The notes: generated by a model from the letters alone, not told the origin. Shown: positions 27,326-36,311, counted from the stretch's first letter. The stretch: 64,000 bases of DNA from Brevundimonas sp. (GCF_965227765.1 NZ_OZ245778.1:2200318-2264317); one strand, 5' to 3'. Translations and numbers: made by a program.

Positions 27326-28549
27326 CTATTTCCGACCGAGACAGTATGTCGACCACGCGTCCAACACCGCCCGTCTCTTCCTGAGCGCATCACTGCGCCG
27401 ATAGGCCCGCTCCGTGTCGTCCCCGACCAGGTGCGCCAGACATTCCTCGATCGTCTCGCGTGCGAAGTCGGTCTCGTCACCGGCCCAATCCCGGAAGGTC
27501 GATCGCATGCCGTGGGGGGTAGCGTCAGCCCCCAGGTCTTTCAGCACCTTGTCCATCGCCGTATTGGATAACGCCCCTCCGGTCAGCGGCGCCGGAAACA
27601 GCAATTGATTGGGACGCGGGTTCGCCGGCCTCAGACCGTCGAGCACCTTCAAGGCCCCGAACGAAAGCGGCTGGCGGAAGGGGCGCATCTTCATCCGCTG
27701 CGCCTCGAGGCTCCATAGGTCCTCGTGGATCTCGCCCCAGGTGGACTCCAGGGTCATGGTCTCGCGCGCGATGGTCAGTATGGTGAACTCCATCGCCCTG
27801 GCGGCCATCCCCTGCTTGGCGGCGAGCCGCTGCATGAAGGCCGGGATTTCCTGATACGGCAACGCCCGCATGTGACCCCGCTGTAGCTTGGGCCTGGGCG
27901 GCAGGATGTGGGAGAGGTTCCCCTTCCAGACGGCGGGATTGTCGCCAGTGCGGTACGTCTTCACCTTGGCGTAGTCCAGCACGCGCTCCAGGCGATCGCG
28001 GAGCTTTCCGGCGCTTTCGGCCTTGGTCGTCCACATCGGGCGGAGAACCAGCAGCACCGCTTCCACGTCGATCCGGTCGACCGGCCGATGCTTGATCACC
28101 GCGGCATGGCTCTCGATCGAGCGCATCCATCCATCCTTGGTCTTGTCGCCCTTCCAGACCGCCTCCTGCCCGGCAACGAACTCCTTCCAGCAGACCAGCA
28201 GGCTCGGTGCCGGCTTGCCGGGCTTGAGTGCGACGACCGTCCCCTCCCCCAGTTCGGAGATGGGTGGAGCGATGACCATCGGGGCGTGGCGCTGCTGTAG
28301 GGGATTGACGCCGGACTTGATCAGTTTGCGCGCTTGATCCCGCTTCTCGCGGGCCTCGGCGAGACCGACGTCGTACAAAGAGCCCAACCCCATCTCATGG
28401 CTGCGGCGATGCATCATGAACCGGTAGATCCAGGTCTTCCCGCCGGTCGGCAGGACCTGAAGATGCAGGCCGAGACCGTCGGGATGGTAGCCCGGAGTCC
28501 GCATCGCCCGCACCGCGCGGTCGGTCAGTCTGTTGATCTGTCTTGCCAT
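27326..28549 (-). CDS. P4-type (DUF4102-N-terminal) tyrosine site-specific integrase
   Basis: 407 aa. N-terminus LTDRAVRA...GYHPDGLGLHLQV.PTGGKTWIYRF. C-terminus HGMRSTFRDWAGDET...ECLAH...ERAYRRSDALRKRR. Confidence 0.9.
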   Translation of the reverse strand: MARQINRLTDRAVRAMRTPGYHPDGLGLHLQVLPTGGKTWIYRFMMHRRSHEMGLGSLYDVGLAEAREKRDQARKLIKSGVNPLQQRHAPMVIAPPISELGEGTVVALKPGKPAPSLLVCWKEFVAGQEAVWKGDKTKDGWMRSIESHAAVIKHRPVDRIDVEAVLLVLRPMWTTKAESAGKLRDRLERVLDYAKVKTYRTGDNPAVWKGNLSHILPPRPKLQRGHMRALPYQEIPAFMQRLAAKQGMAARAMEFTILTIARETMTLESTWGEIHEDLWSLEAQRMKMRPFRQPLSFGALKVLDGLRPANPRPNQLLFPAPLTGGALSNTAMDKVLKDLGADATPHGMRSTFRDWAGDETDFARETIEECLAHLVGDDTERAYRRSDALRKRRAVLDAWSTYCLGRK

Positions 28550-28646
28550 CGAAGACCTCCAATAAAGCGTTGGAAGTCAGACTCCTAGTTGCGGAGCCAG
28601 TTGGAAAACAACCCGAAAATCCACCCCCAAATGCGACAGCGCTCGC

Positions 28647-28747
28647 CTGAAACGGCCTGAAACGATGTGAACCGAATTCGCGTCGATCACATTCAGCTGA
28701 TTCAAACTTAAGAGGTTTTCAGGAAACGAACTGAAACGACGTGTACG
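28647..28747. repeat. two ~27-nt imperfect direct repeats, each containing 2x (C)TGAAACG followed by AYGTGWAC
   Basis: CTGAAACGgcCTGAAACGATGTGAAC at 28647-28672 and aGGAAACGaaCTGAAACGACGTGTAC at 28721-28746, about 100-200 nt upstream of the integrase start. Confidence 0.6.
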
Positions 28748-28957
28748 GACGAAATTCGCTTACCCGCGGAGCCACTCGGGCCTTAAAATCCCTCAACAAT
28801 CCAGACCGTCCCCTCAGGGGCCCCGTCCTGCGCGGCCATAGCGGAATGGCGTCTGGACTCTTGATTCGCGGGGTTCTCTAACGCCATTTGCTCGCGCCAG
28901 GGCACCCGGATCCGTTGGCGCCTTGATGCCGCGGCGAATGCGCACCGACCTTCAGCC

Positions 28958-28982
28958 GTAACCTTATCCATATCCGTGCGTT
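28958..28982 (+). promoter_or_regulatory. EcfG-like ECF-sigma promoter motif GTAAC-N16-CGTT upstream of the KaiC-like gene
   Basis: One mismatch to GGAAC-N16/17-CGTT. The -10 element ends 27 nt before the ATG at 29010. Confidence 0.25.
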
Positions 28983-29009
28983 TCGCCTCGGCTGTATTCG
29001 AGAGGGGCC

Positions 29010-30506
29010 ATGACGGACGACACGAACGCGACATCACAAGCCGCCTTCGGCATTCAGGGGCTAGACGACATACTGGCGGGCGGACTGGAACGCGACCGGG
29101 TCTATCTGCTTGAAGGCAACCCCGGCACGGGCAAGACCACGGCGGCGATGAGCTTCCTCATGGAAGGCGCGTCGCAGAGTGAAAGCTCATTATACATCAC
29201 CCTGTCCGAGACGGAGGACGAACTGCGCGCCACGGCCAGGTCGCATGGTTGGAATCTCGAAGGCGTGGACATTTTCGAACTTGTTCCACCGGAAAGTCTG
29301 CTGGACGAACAACAGCAGCAGTCGCTGCTCTACTCGTCGGACCTCGAACTCGGCGAGACCACCCGGATGATCTTCGAGCGGGTCGAAGCCAGCAAGCCCA
29401 AGCGCGTCGTCATCGACAGCCTGTCGGAGATTCGCCTTCTGGCGCAGAGCTCGCTGCGGTACCGGCGCCAAGTTCTGGCGCTCAAGCACTATTTCGCCAA
29501 ACATGGCGCAACCGTCCTGCTGCTCGACGACCTGACGACCGACGTCAACGACAAGACCGTGCATTCTGTGGCTCACGGGGTCGTCCAGTTGCAGGAAATG
29601 ACGCCCGAATATGGGGCCGAGCGTAGGCGCGTGCGCATCCTCAAATATCGTGCGCGGCGGTTCCGGGGCGGATATCACGACTTCACGATCAAGACGGGCG
29701 GACTAAGCGTCTATCCACGCATTGTGGCCTCCGAGCACAAGACCACTTTCGATCGCTCTGCGGTTTCCAGCGGCGTGTCAGGCCTCGACGCTCTGCTCGG
29801 AGGCGGGCTTGAACGGGGGTCAAGCGCTCTGATCCTGGGCCCTGCAGGTACAGGTAAATCGCTGTTCGCCATCATTTTCGCGGTCGCCGCGGTTCAACGA
29901 GGCGAAAAGGCGGCGCTGTTCATCTTCGACGAGGAACTGGGCCTGCTCTATGATCGCATGCTGAAACTGGGGTTCGATCTGCAGGCCATGCGGGCCTCTG
30001 GCGATCTGACCATCGAACAGATCGACGCCGCCGAGCTTTCGCCAGGCGAATTCTCTGCTCAAGTCCGCAAAGCTGTCGTCGATCACGATATCAAGACCGT
30101 CGTCATCGACAGTCTGAACGGCTACCAGGCGGCGATGCCGCAGGAGCAGTTCCTGGTTCTGCACATTCATGAACTGCTGCAATATTTGAACCGTCAGGGC
30201 GCCTCGACCTATCTGACAGTGGCCCAGCACGGACTGGTCGGCGACATGAAGGCGCCGGTGGACGTGACCTATCTGGCGGACACCGTCATCCTGCTTCGTT
30301 ACTTCGAAGCGCTTGGCCATGTCCGGCGCGCGGTGTCGGTGATCAAGAAGCGATCGGGCAGGCATGAGAAAACCATCCGCGAGTTCGACATCGGGGAAGA
30401 CGGTCTCACGCTCGGCGAGCCGCTGAGCGGGTTCCAGGGCGTGTTACGCGGCGTCCCGAACTTCGTCGGCCAAGGAACAGGCCTGATGGGCGACGCCTCC
30501 GCATGA
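29010..30506 (+). CDS. KaiC-like double RecA-superfamily ATPase
   Basis: 498 aa. Two tandem KaiC/RadA-like domains with Walker A motifs GNPGTGKTT and GPAGTGKSL. GI.GLD..L.GGL openings in both halves. Confidence 0.85.
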   Translation: MTDDTNATSQAAFGIQGLDDILAGGLERDRVYLLEGNPGTGKTTAAMSFLMEGASQSESSLYITLSETEDELRATARSHGWNLEGVDIFELVPPESLLDEQQQQSLLYSSDLELGETTRMIFERVEASKPKRVVIDSLSEIRLLAQSSLRYRRQVLALKHYFAKHGATVLLLDDLTTDVNDKTVHSVAHGVVQLQEMTPEYGAERRRVRILKYRARRFRGGYHDFTIKTGGLSVYPRIVASEHKTTFDRSAVSSGVSGLDALLGGGLERGSSALILGPAGTGKSLFAIIFAVAAVQRGEKAALFIFDEELGLLYDRMLKLGFDLQAMRASGDLTIEQIDAAELSPGEFSAQVRKAVVDHDIKTVVIDSLNGYQAAMPQEQFLVLHIHELLQYLNRQGASTYLTVAQHGLVGDMKAPVDVTYLADTVILLRYFEALGHVRRAVSVIKKRSGRHEKTIREFDIGEDGLTLGEPLSGFQGVLRGVPNFVGQGTGLMGDASA

Positions 30507-32182
30507 GTAGCGGGGGCGCCCTTTCCGAGCGCTCGCTGGTGCTGGCTCCTACGGGACGAGACGCCGGCATCGCCGCCGCAATACTGGCCGAAGCAAATGC
30601 GCCGTCGCTCGTCTGCGCCGATCTGGCGGCTCTTCTGGAGGGGATGGAACAGGGCGCGGGTTTGGCAGTGATCGCCGAAGAGGCTCTACGGGACCGCGAC
30701 GTGTCGGCTCTCTCGCGATGGATCGCGGATCAGCCCTCCTGGTCCGACTTTCCTATTTTGCTTTTGACCCGGAGGGGCGAGAGCATCGAACGCAATCCAC
30801 TGGCGCAGCGGCTGTCGACAACCTTGGGCAACGTCAATGTCTTGGAACGGCCCTTCCATCCCACGACCTTGGTCAGCGCTGTGAGAAATGCTCTGCGTGG
30901 CCGCTATCGCCAGTATGAGGCGCGCGAACGGATCGAGCAGATACTCAAGGGCGAGATGCTGCTCGAACGACGGGTGACCGACCGCACCGCTGAACTTGAA
31001 GCGGCCAATCGGCAGTTGGCGTCGCAAATCGCAGAGCGCGAGCGGGTCGAGACGGCGCTCCGCCAAGCGCAAAGGCTGGAAGCCGTTGGTCAACTGACTT
31101 CGGGCGTGGCCCACGACTTTAACAATCTGCTCACCGTCGTCATCGGCAATGTCGAGCAGATGAGAAAGCGGATTGAGGACCCGGCGCTGCTTAAACGCTT
31201 ATCCATGGTGGACGAAGCCTCCCAGCGGGGCTCCCGTCTAACGGCGCAACTCCTGGCCTTTTCCCGGCGCCAGAAACTCGAGCCGCGCTCGGTCGATCTG
31301 AACGAAACCGTTCGCAGCATGCGAGATATGCTGCAAAGCGCCATCGGCGGCAGCGTAAACATTCAGCCGCCGCTTCTGGCCGACGACTTGTGGCCTGCAC
31401 TGATCGATCCGACCCAGATCGAACTCGTCATCCTGAACCTGGCGATCAATGCCCGCGACGCGATGGATGTAGGCGGCTCGCTCACCGTTTCGACCGCGAA
31501 CGTCGTCCGAACCGAGCCTGTTCAATCTGAAGAACCTCCGGCCGGCGACTACGTCATGGTCGCCGTGTCCGACACGGGATCAGGAATGACGCCAGAGGTT
31601 CTGTCTCGCGCCTTTGAACCCTTCTTTACGACTAAAGAGGTGGGCAAGGGGTCCGGCTTGGGCCTTAGCCAGGTCTTCGGACTGGCGAAGCAGTCCGGAG
31701 GCGGTGTCAGCATCGACACCGAGGTCGGTCACGGCACGACGATCAAGGTGTTTCTCCCCCGCGCCAGCGCAGGCCCGATCAACGAGGAACAAGAGACGCA
31801 CGTTCTTCATCGAGCCAGCGGCGCCGATCTCGTTGTCCTCGTCGTGGACGACGACGACGCCGTTCGCGAGGTGACGGCCGGTATCCTGAGCGACCTGGGC
31901 TATCGTGTGATCCAGGCGGGCGGTGGCAGCGCAGCGCTTGATCTGGTCGAAACTCATGACCGGATCGACGCCATGGTGCTCGATTTCGCCATGCCCGGCA
32001 TGAACGGCGGAGACCTGGCGCGCGAACTTCGCTCCCGGCGCCCCGCTGTGCCGATCCTGTTCGCCACCGGCTATGCCGACCTGGACGCCCTCAAAGAGGT
32101 CGCAACGGACCTCATCGTCCATAAGCCGTTCAGCCAGGTCGAGTTGGGCCGAAAGGTCGCCGCGAGCCTCGCCGGGCGGTAA
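30503..32182 (+). CDS. hybrid histidine kinase: degenerate N-terminal receiver-like domain, coiled coil, HisKA/HATPase_c, C-terminal receiver
   Basis: 559 aa. ATGA overlap with the KaiC-like stop. H-box SGVAHDFNNLLTVVIGN. N/G boxes LNLAINARDA, DTGSGM, GSGLGLS. Receiver VVDDDD...DFAMPGMNG...HKP. Confidence 0.85.
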   Translation: MSSGGALSERSLVLAPTGRDAGIAAAILAEANAPSLVCADLAALLEGMEQGAGLAVIAEEALRDRDVSALSRWIADQPSWSDFPILLLTRRGESIERNPLAQRLSTTLGNVNVLERPFHPTTLVSAVRNALRGRYRQYEARERIEQILKGEMLLERRVTDRTAELEAANRQLASQIAERERVETALRQAQRLEAVGQLTSGVAHDFNNLLTVVIGNVEQMRKRIEDPALLKRLSMVDEASQRGSRLTAQLLAFSRRQKLEPRSVDLNETVRSMRDMLQSAIGGSVNIQPPLLADDLWPALIDPTQIELVILNLAINARDAMDVGGSLTVSTANVVRTEPVQSEEPPAGDYVMVAVSDTGSGMTPEVLSRAFEPFFTTKEVGKGSGLGLSQVFGLAKQSGGGVSIDTEVGHGTTIKVFLPRASAGPINEEQETHVLHRASGADLVVLVVDDDDAVREVTAGILSDLGYRVIQAGGGSAALDLVETHDRIDAMVLDFAMPGMNGGDLARELRSRRPAVPILFATGYADLDALKEVATDLIVHKPFSQVELGRKVAASLAGR

Positions 32183-32196
32183 CCCGAACCCTTGGT

Positions 32197-32223
32197 AAAG
32201 CCTGCTGCTTGAAGGCAGGCTTT
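32197..32223 (+). terminator. hairpin after the kinase gene (AAAGCCTGC-N9-GCAGGCTTT), weak T-tract
   Basis: 9-bp perfect stem read from the sequence. Only TTT is contributed by the stem itself. Confidence 0.4.
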
Positions 32224-32314
32224 CGCGAACGCGGTTCTCCTTCCCTCTCGCTGCACCTTGCTTTGCTGCATCGCACCACAATAGAATAGCAACGCTCGAC
32301 GGGGGGAGCCTCTT

Positions 32315-33637
32315 ATGCGTGTGGCAATGATTGGCGCCGGCTATGTCGGCCTGGTGTCTGGCGCTTGTTTTGCTGATTTCGGCCATGAGGTCGTCTGCAT
32401 AGACAAGGACGCTTCCAAGATTGACCGTCTGGAGAGGGGCGAAAGCCCAATCTTCGAACCTGGCCTGGATGATCTGGTGCGCAGCAATGCGCGCGAAGGG
32501 CGGCTGTCCTTCGCCCTCGACGGCGCCGAGGCGATCCGTCAGGCGGACGCAGTCTTCATCGCCGTGGGCACGCCGAGCCGCCGCGGCGACGGCCATGCCG
32601 ATCTCAGCTATATCTATGCCGCCGCTGAAGAGATTGCGGGCCTGATCGAGGGCTTCACCGTGATCGTCACAAAGTCGACCGTTCCGGTCGGGACGGGCGA
32701 CGAGGTCGAAGCCATCATTCGCAGGGTCAATCCGAATGCGGACTTCTGCGTCGTGTCCAACCCCGAGTTCCTGCGCGAAGGCGCCGCCATCGGCGACTTC
32801 AAACGCCCCGACCGGGTGGTCATCGGCATCGAGGATATCGACAGTCCCACCGGCGTGCGCGCCCGCTCGGTGATGGGCGAACTCTACCGTCCGCTGAACC
32901 TGAACGAGAGCCCGCTGCTATTCGTCGGCCGACGGACATCGGAACTGATCAAGTATGCGGCCAACGCCTTCCTGGCGATGAAAATCACCTTCATCAACGA
33001 GATGGCCGACCTGTGCGAGGTCGTGGGCGCCGATGTGCAGCAGGTGGCGCGCGGCATCGGCCTGGACAAACGGATCGGCAGCAAGTTCCTGCACGCCGGG
33101 CCGGGTTATGGCGGATCCTGCTTCCCCAAGGACACCCTGGCCCTGGTCCGCACGGCCCAGCAGCATGGCGCCCCGGTTCGGCTGATCGAGACGACTGTCG
33201 AGGTCAATAACGCCCGCAAACAGGCCATGGCCGGTCGGGTGGCCCAGACCCTGGGCGACAGCGTGGCGGGCAAGACGGTCGCCCTGCTGGGCCTGACGTT
33301 CAAGCCCAACACCGACGATATGCGCGACGCCCCGTCGCTGGACATCGCGCCTGCCCTGCTCGCTGCGGGCGCCGTTGTCCGCGCCTTTGATCCCGAGGGA
33401 ATGCACGAGGCCGGCAAGCTTCTGGACGGTGTGGAAATGATGGACAGCGCCTATGAGGCCGTCACCGGCGCCGACGCCGTGGTCATCGTCACCGAGTGGG
33501 ACCAGTTCCGCGCGCTGGACCTGGACCGTATCAAGCTGTTGATGACCCAGCCGGTTCTGGTCGACCTGCGCAACATCTATCGTTCCGAAGACATGGTCCG
33601 GCGCGGCTTCAAATATTCGGGCATTGGGCGCGGCTGA
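32315..33637 (+). CDS. ugd: UDP-glucose 6-dehydrogenase
   Basis: 440 aa. MIGAGYVGLVSGACFA, GTP, NPEFLREG, GGSCFPKD, FKPNTDDMRDAP. Confidence 0.9.
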   Translation: MRVAMIGAGYVGLVSGACFADFGHEVVCIDKDASKIDRLERGESPIFEPGLDDLVRSNAREGRLSFALDGAEAIRQADAVFIAVGTPSRRGDGHADLSYIYAAAEEIAGLIEGFTVIVTKSTVPVGTGDEVEAIIRRVNPNADFCVVSNPEFLREGAAIGDFKRPDRVVIGIEDIDSPTGVRARSVMGELYRPLNLNESPLLFVGRRTSELIKYAANAFLAMKITFINEMADLCEVVGADVQQVARGIGLDKRIGSKFLHAGPGYGGSCFPKDTLALVRTAQQHGAPVRLIETTVEVNNARKQAMAGRVAQTLGDSVAGKTVALLGLTFKPNTDDMRDAPSLDIAPALLAAGAVVRAFDPEGMHEAGKLLDGVEMMDSAYEAVTGADAVVIVTEWDQFRALDLDRIKLLMTQPVLVDLRNIYRSEDMVRRGFKYSGIGRG

Positions 33638-33740
33638 CCACGACGCGTCCTGCAAGGAGGGGTCGTCACTTGCGTCTGCACTGGCGAACCGTCTCGGAGC
33701 GCCTAGGTTAGACCTCCCTCACCCAGAAGGATTTTCGACC

Positions 33741-34169
33741 ATGGACGTCATCTACAAGGCTCACGCCACCTCGACCGGCGGCGGACGCGACGAAGGCCGC
33801 TCGACCACCGACGACGGCAAGATCGACGTCCTGCTGTCCCTGCCCTCCGAAATGGGCGGAAAGGGCGGCGCGGGGACCAACCCGGAACAGCTGTTCGCCG
33901 CCGGATACGCCGCCTGCTTCATGGGCGCCCTGCGTCTGGTCTCGGGCAAGGCTGGTACGCCCGTCGGCCCGGACACGAAAATCCACACAACGGTCGGCAT
34001 CGGCCCCAATACCCGTGGCGAGGGATTCAACCTGGATATCGCCATCAAGGTGACTGATTCCGGCCTGGACAAGGCGGTCATCGATGACCTTGTCCACAAG
34101 GCTCATGAGGTCTGCCCCTATTCCAACGCCACGCGCGGCAACGTCGACGTGGATCTCAGCGCGGAATAA
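33741..34169 (+). CDS. ohr: organic hydroperoxide resistance protein (Ohr/OsmC family)
   Basis: 142 aa. TNPEQLFAAGYAACF and HEVCPYSNATRGN carry the two conserved Cys. The internal ATG at 33741 was chosen. Confidence 0.85.
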   Translation: MDVIYKAHATSTGGGRDEGRSTTDDGKIDVLLSLPSEMGGKGGAGTNPEQLFAAGYAACFMGALRLVSGKAGTPVGPDTKIHTTVGIGPNTRGEGFNLDIAIKVTDSGLDKAVIDDLVHKAHEVCPYSNATRGNVDVDLSAE

Positions 34170-34219
34170 TCGCCTGCAATGGAGCCGCGCGTGTTGAGCC
34201 CGACGCGCGCGGCCTCTAG

Positions 34220-35233
34220 ATGACGAGCATGGCTCCTATCCTCGACGCGACCCCCGATCCGCTGCTGACGTTCGAACCCCACCGCAAGGTCTCCGTGCGC
34301 GAGGCGTTCGGCGTCGATTCCGACATGATGGTGCCGATGTTCGACACCATCGACAGCCATGTGCCTGAGGTGGACGCCTCCTATCGGTTCGACCCGCAGA
34401 CGACCCTGGCCATCTGCGCCGGCTTCGCCTTCGACCGTCGCGTCATGGTCCAGGGCTATCACGGCACCGGCAAGTCGACCCATATCGAACAGGTCGCCGC
34501 CCGCCTGAACTGGCCCCTGGTGCGCGTGAACCTGGACAGCCACATCAGCCGCATCGACCTGATCGGCAAGGACGCCATCGTCCTGAAGGACGGCAAGCAG
34601 ATCACCGAGTTCCGCGAGGGCATGCTGCCCTGGACACTGCAACGCCCGGTCGCCCTGGTGTTCGACGAATACGACGCCGGCCGTCCCGACGTGATGTTCG
34701 TGATCCAGCGCGTGCTGGAAGCCCAGGGCCGCCTGACCCTGCTGGACCAGAACCGCGTCATCCGCCCCAACAAGTGGTTCCGCCTGTTCTCGACCACCAA
34801 CACCATCGGTCTGGGCGACACGTCGGGCCTGTATCACGGCACCCAGCAGATCAATCAGGGTCAGATGGACCGCTGGAACATCGTCACCACCCTGAATTAC
34901 CTCGACCATGATGTTGAGGCCGAGATCGTCGCCGCCAAGTCTCCCGAATGGGCCGATGCCGAGGGCCGCCGCAAGATCGCCGCCATGGTCCGCGTCGCCG
35001 ACATGACCCGCAACGCCTTCATGAACGGCGACATCTCCACCGTCATGTCGCCCCGCACGGTCATCACCTGGGTCCAGAACGCCATCATCTTCAACGGCGA
35101 CGTCGGCCTGGCCTTCCGCCTGACCTTCTTGAACAAGTGCGACGAGCTGGAACGCCCGACGATCGCGGAATTCTATCAGCGCGCGTTCGGCGAGGATCTG
35201 CCCGAAGCGGCGACGCGGGTGAAGGTGGGCTGA
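34220..35233 (+). CDS. cobS: aerobic cobaltochelatase subunit CobS-like AAA+ ATPase
   Basis: 337 aa. [35 protein letters not shown], typical of alphaproteobacterial CobS. Confidence 0.8.
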   Translation: MTSMAPILDATPDPLLTFEPHRKVSVREAFGVDSDMMVPMFDTIDSHVPEVDASYRFDPQTTLAICAGFAFDRRVMVQGYHGTGKSTHIEQVAARLNWPLVRVNLDSHISRIDLIGKDAIVLKDGKQITEFREGMLPWTLQRPVALVFDEYDAGRPDVMFVIQRVLEAQGRLTLLDQNRVIRPNKWFRLFSTTNTIGLGDTSGLYHGTQQINQGQMDRWNIVTTLNYLDHDVEAEIVAAKSPEWADAEGRRKIAAMVRVADMTRNAFMNGDISTVMSPRTVITWVQNAIIFNGDVGLAFRLTFLNKCDELERPTIAEFYQRAFGEDLPEAATRVKVG

Positions 35234-35283
35234 CGTCCTCTCTCTCCCACGGAGAGTGACAGATCAGGTTGGCCCATCGCCTA

Positions 35284-35313
35284 ACTGTCGCCGACTGTCG
35301 CCTCGCAGTCGCT
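35284..35313. repeat. three 10-nt-periodic direct repeats ACTGTCGCCG / ACTGTCGCCT / CGCAGTCGCT upstream of the nitronate monooxygenase gene
   Basis: Read directly from the sequence. The first two units share 9/10 nt and the third is degenerate. Confidence 0.5.
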
Positions 35314-35378
35314 CAGCAGCGTTGCCTTCCCCCGCGTCGCCCCGCTAAGCGTAGCGAAAGACAACGGAGGACGACGTC

Positions 35379-36311
35379 ATGGCCATTCCCGCTTCCCTGC
35401 AAAAGGGCCTGAAGCTGCCGGTGATTTCGGCGCCGATGTTCCTGGTGTCGGGCCCCGATCTGGTGGTCGAGGCCTGCAATGCGGGCGTGATCGGCACCTT
35501 CCCGTCGCTGAACCAGCGCACGACCGAGGGCTATCGCGACTGGCTGGTCGAGATCAAATCCCGCCTCAAGCCCGATGCTGCGGCCTTTGGCGTCAACCAC
35601 ATCGTCCACCCGACCAATCCGCGCCTGATGGCCGACATGATGGTCTCGGTCGAGCATCAGGTGCCGCTGATCATCACCTCGCTGGGGGCCGTGCGCGACG
35701 TGGTCGACGCGGTTCATGGCTATGGCGGTCAGGTCTTCCACGACATCGCCAATGTCCGCCACGCCAGGAAGGCGGCCGAGGCCGGGGTCGATGGCCTGAT
35801 CCTGGTCGCCAATGGCGCGGGCGGCCACGCCGGCGTGGTCAACCCCTTCGCCCTGGTCAACGAGGTCCGCGCCTTCTTCAAGGGGACCATCATCCTGTCG
35901 GGCTGTCTGTCGACCGGCCAGGACGTGGCCGGCGCCCTGATGATTGGCGCCGACTTCGCCTATTTGGGCACCCGGTTCATCAACACGACCGAATCCTCGG
36001 CCTATGCCGAATACAAGCAGATGATCATCGATTCCGGGGCCACCGACATCACCTACACCCCCGCCGTCTCGGGTATCCCTGCCAATTTCATGACCAAGTC
36101 CCTGGTCGACAACGGCATCGACCCCAAGCAACTGCCCGAGCATAAGCTGGACATGGGCGACGAGGCCAAGGCCTGGAAGACGGTCTGGTCGGCGGGCCAG
36201 GGCGCAGGCTCCATCCACGACGTGATCCCGACCGCCGAGCTTGTGGCCCGCCTGCGTCGCGAATACGCCGAGGCGGCGACCCAGTTCACGGCCAAGGTCG
36301 GCGTGGCCTGA
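35379..36311 (+). CDS. nitronate monooxygenase (2-nitropropane dioxygenase-like, FMN-dependent)
   Basis: 310 aa. PVISAPMF.VSG..L.....NAG..G, and GAGGHAG. Confidence 0.85.
   Translation: MAIPASLQKGLKLPVISAPMFLVSGPDLVVEACNAGVIGTFPSLNQRTTEGYRDWLVEIKSRLKPDAAAFGVNHIVHPTNPRLMADMMVSVEHQVPLIITSLGAVRDVVDAVHGYGGQVFHDIANVRHARKAAEAGVDGLILVANGAGGHAGVVNPFALVNEVRAFFKGTIILSGCLSTGQDVAGALMIGADFAYLGTRFINTTESSAYAEYKQMIIDSGATDITYTPAVSGIPANFMTKSLVDNGIDPKQLPEHKLDMGDEAKAWKTVWSAGQGAGSIHDVIPTAELVARLRREYAEAATQFTAKVGVA

Larger units (their letters stand above)
23850..28760. mobile_element. degraded integrative-element / recombination-scar region (two tyrosine recombinase genes, XRE regulator, pseudogenes); KaiC-kinase cargo may extend it to about 32.2 kb
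   Basis: Gene-fusion junction at ~23.85 kb, an SGNH pseudogene, a P4-type integrase plus a second large recombinase, visibly AT-richer intergenic DNA, and short direct repeats upstream of int. No intact tRNA or clean flanking att repeats were found by eye. Confidence 0.5.

Noticed and set aside
27241-27365. An intact tRNA gene next to the integrase
   Set aside because: The GGTTCGAA motif is present, but I could not pair T, anticodon, D or acceptor stems on either strand. It is reported only as a low-confidence fragment.
28783-29037. 84-aa minus-strand ORF between the integrase and the KaiC-like gene
   Set aside because: It overlaps the KaiC-like start and the candidate promoter. Composition is poor and there is no RBS.
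34170-34219. Cobalamin riboswitch upstream of cobS
   Set aside because: The intergenic region is only ~50 nt, far too short for a B12 riboswitch. It contains just a GC-rich hairpin following ohr.
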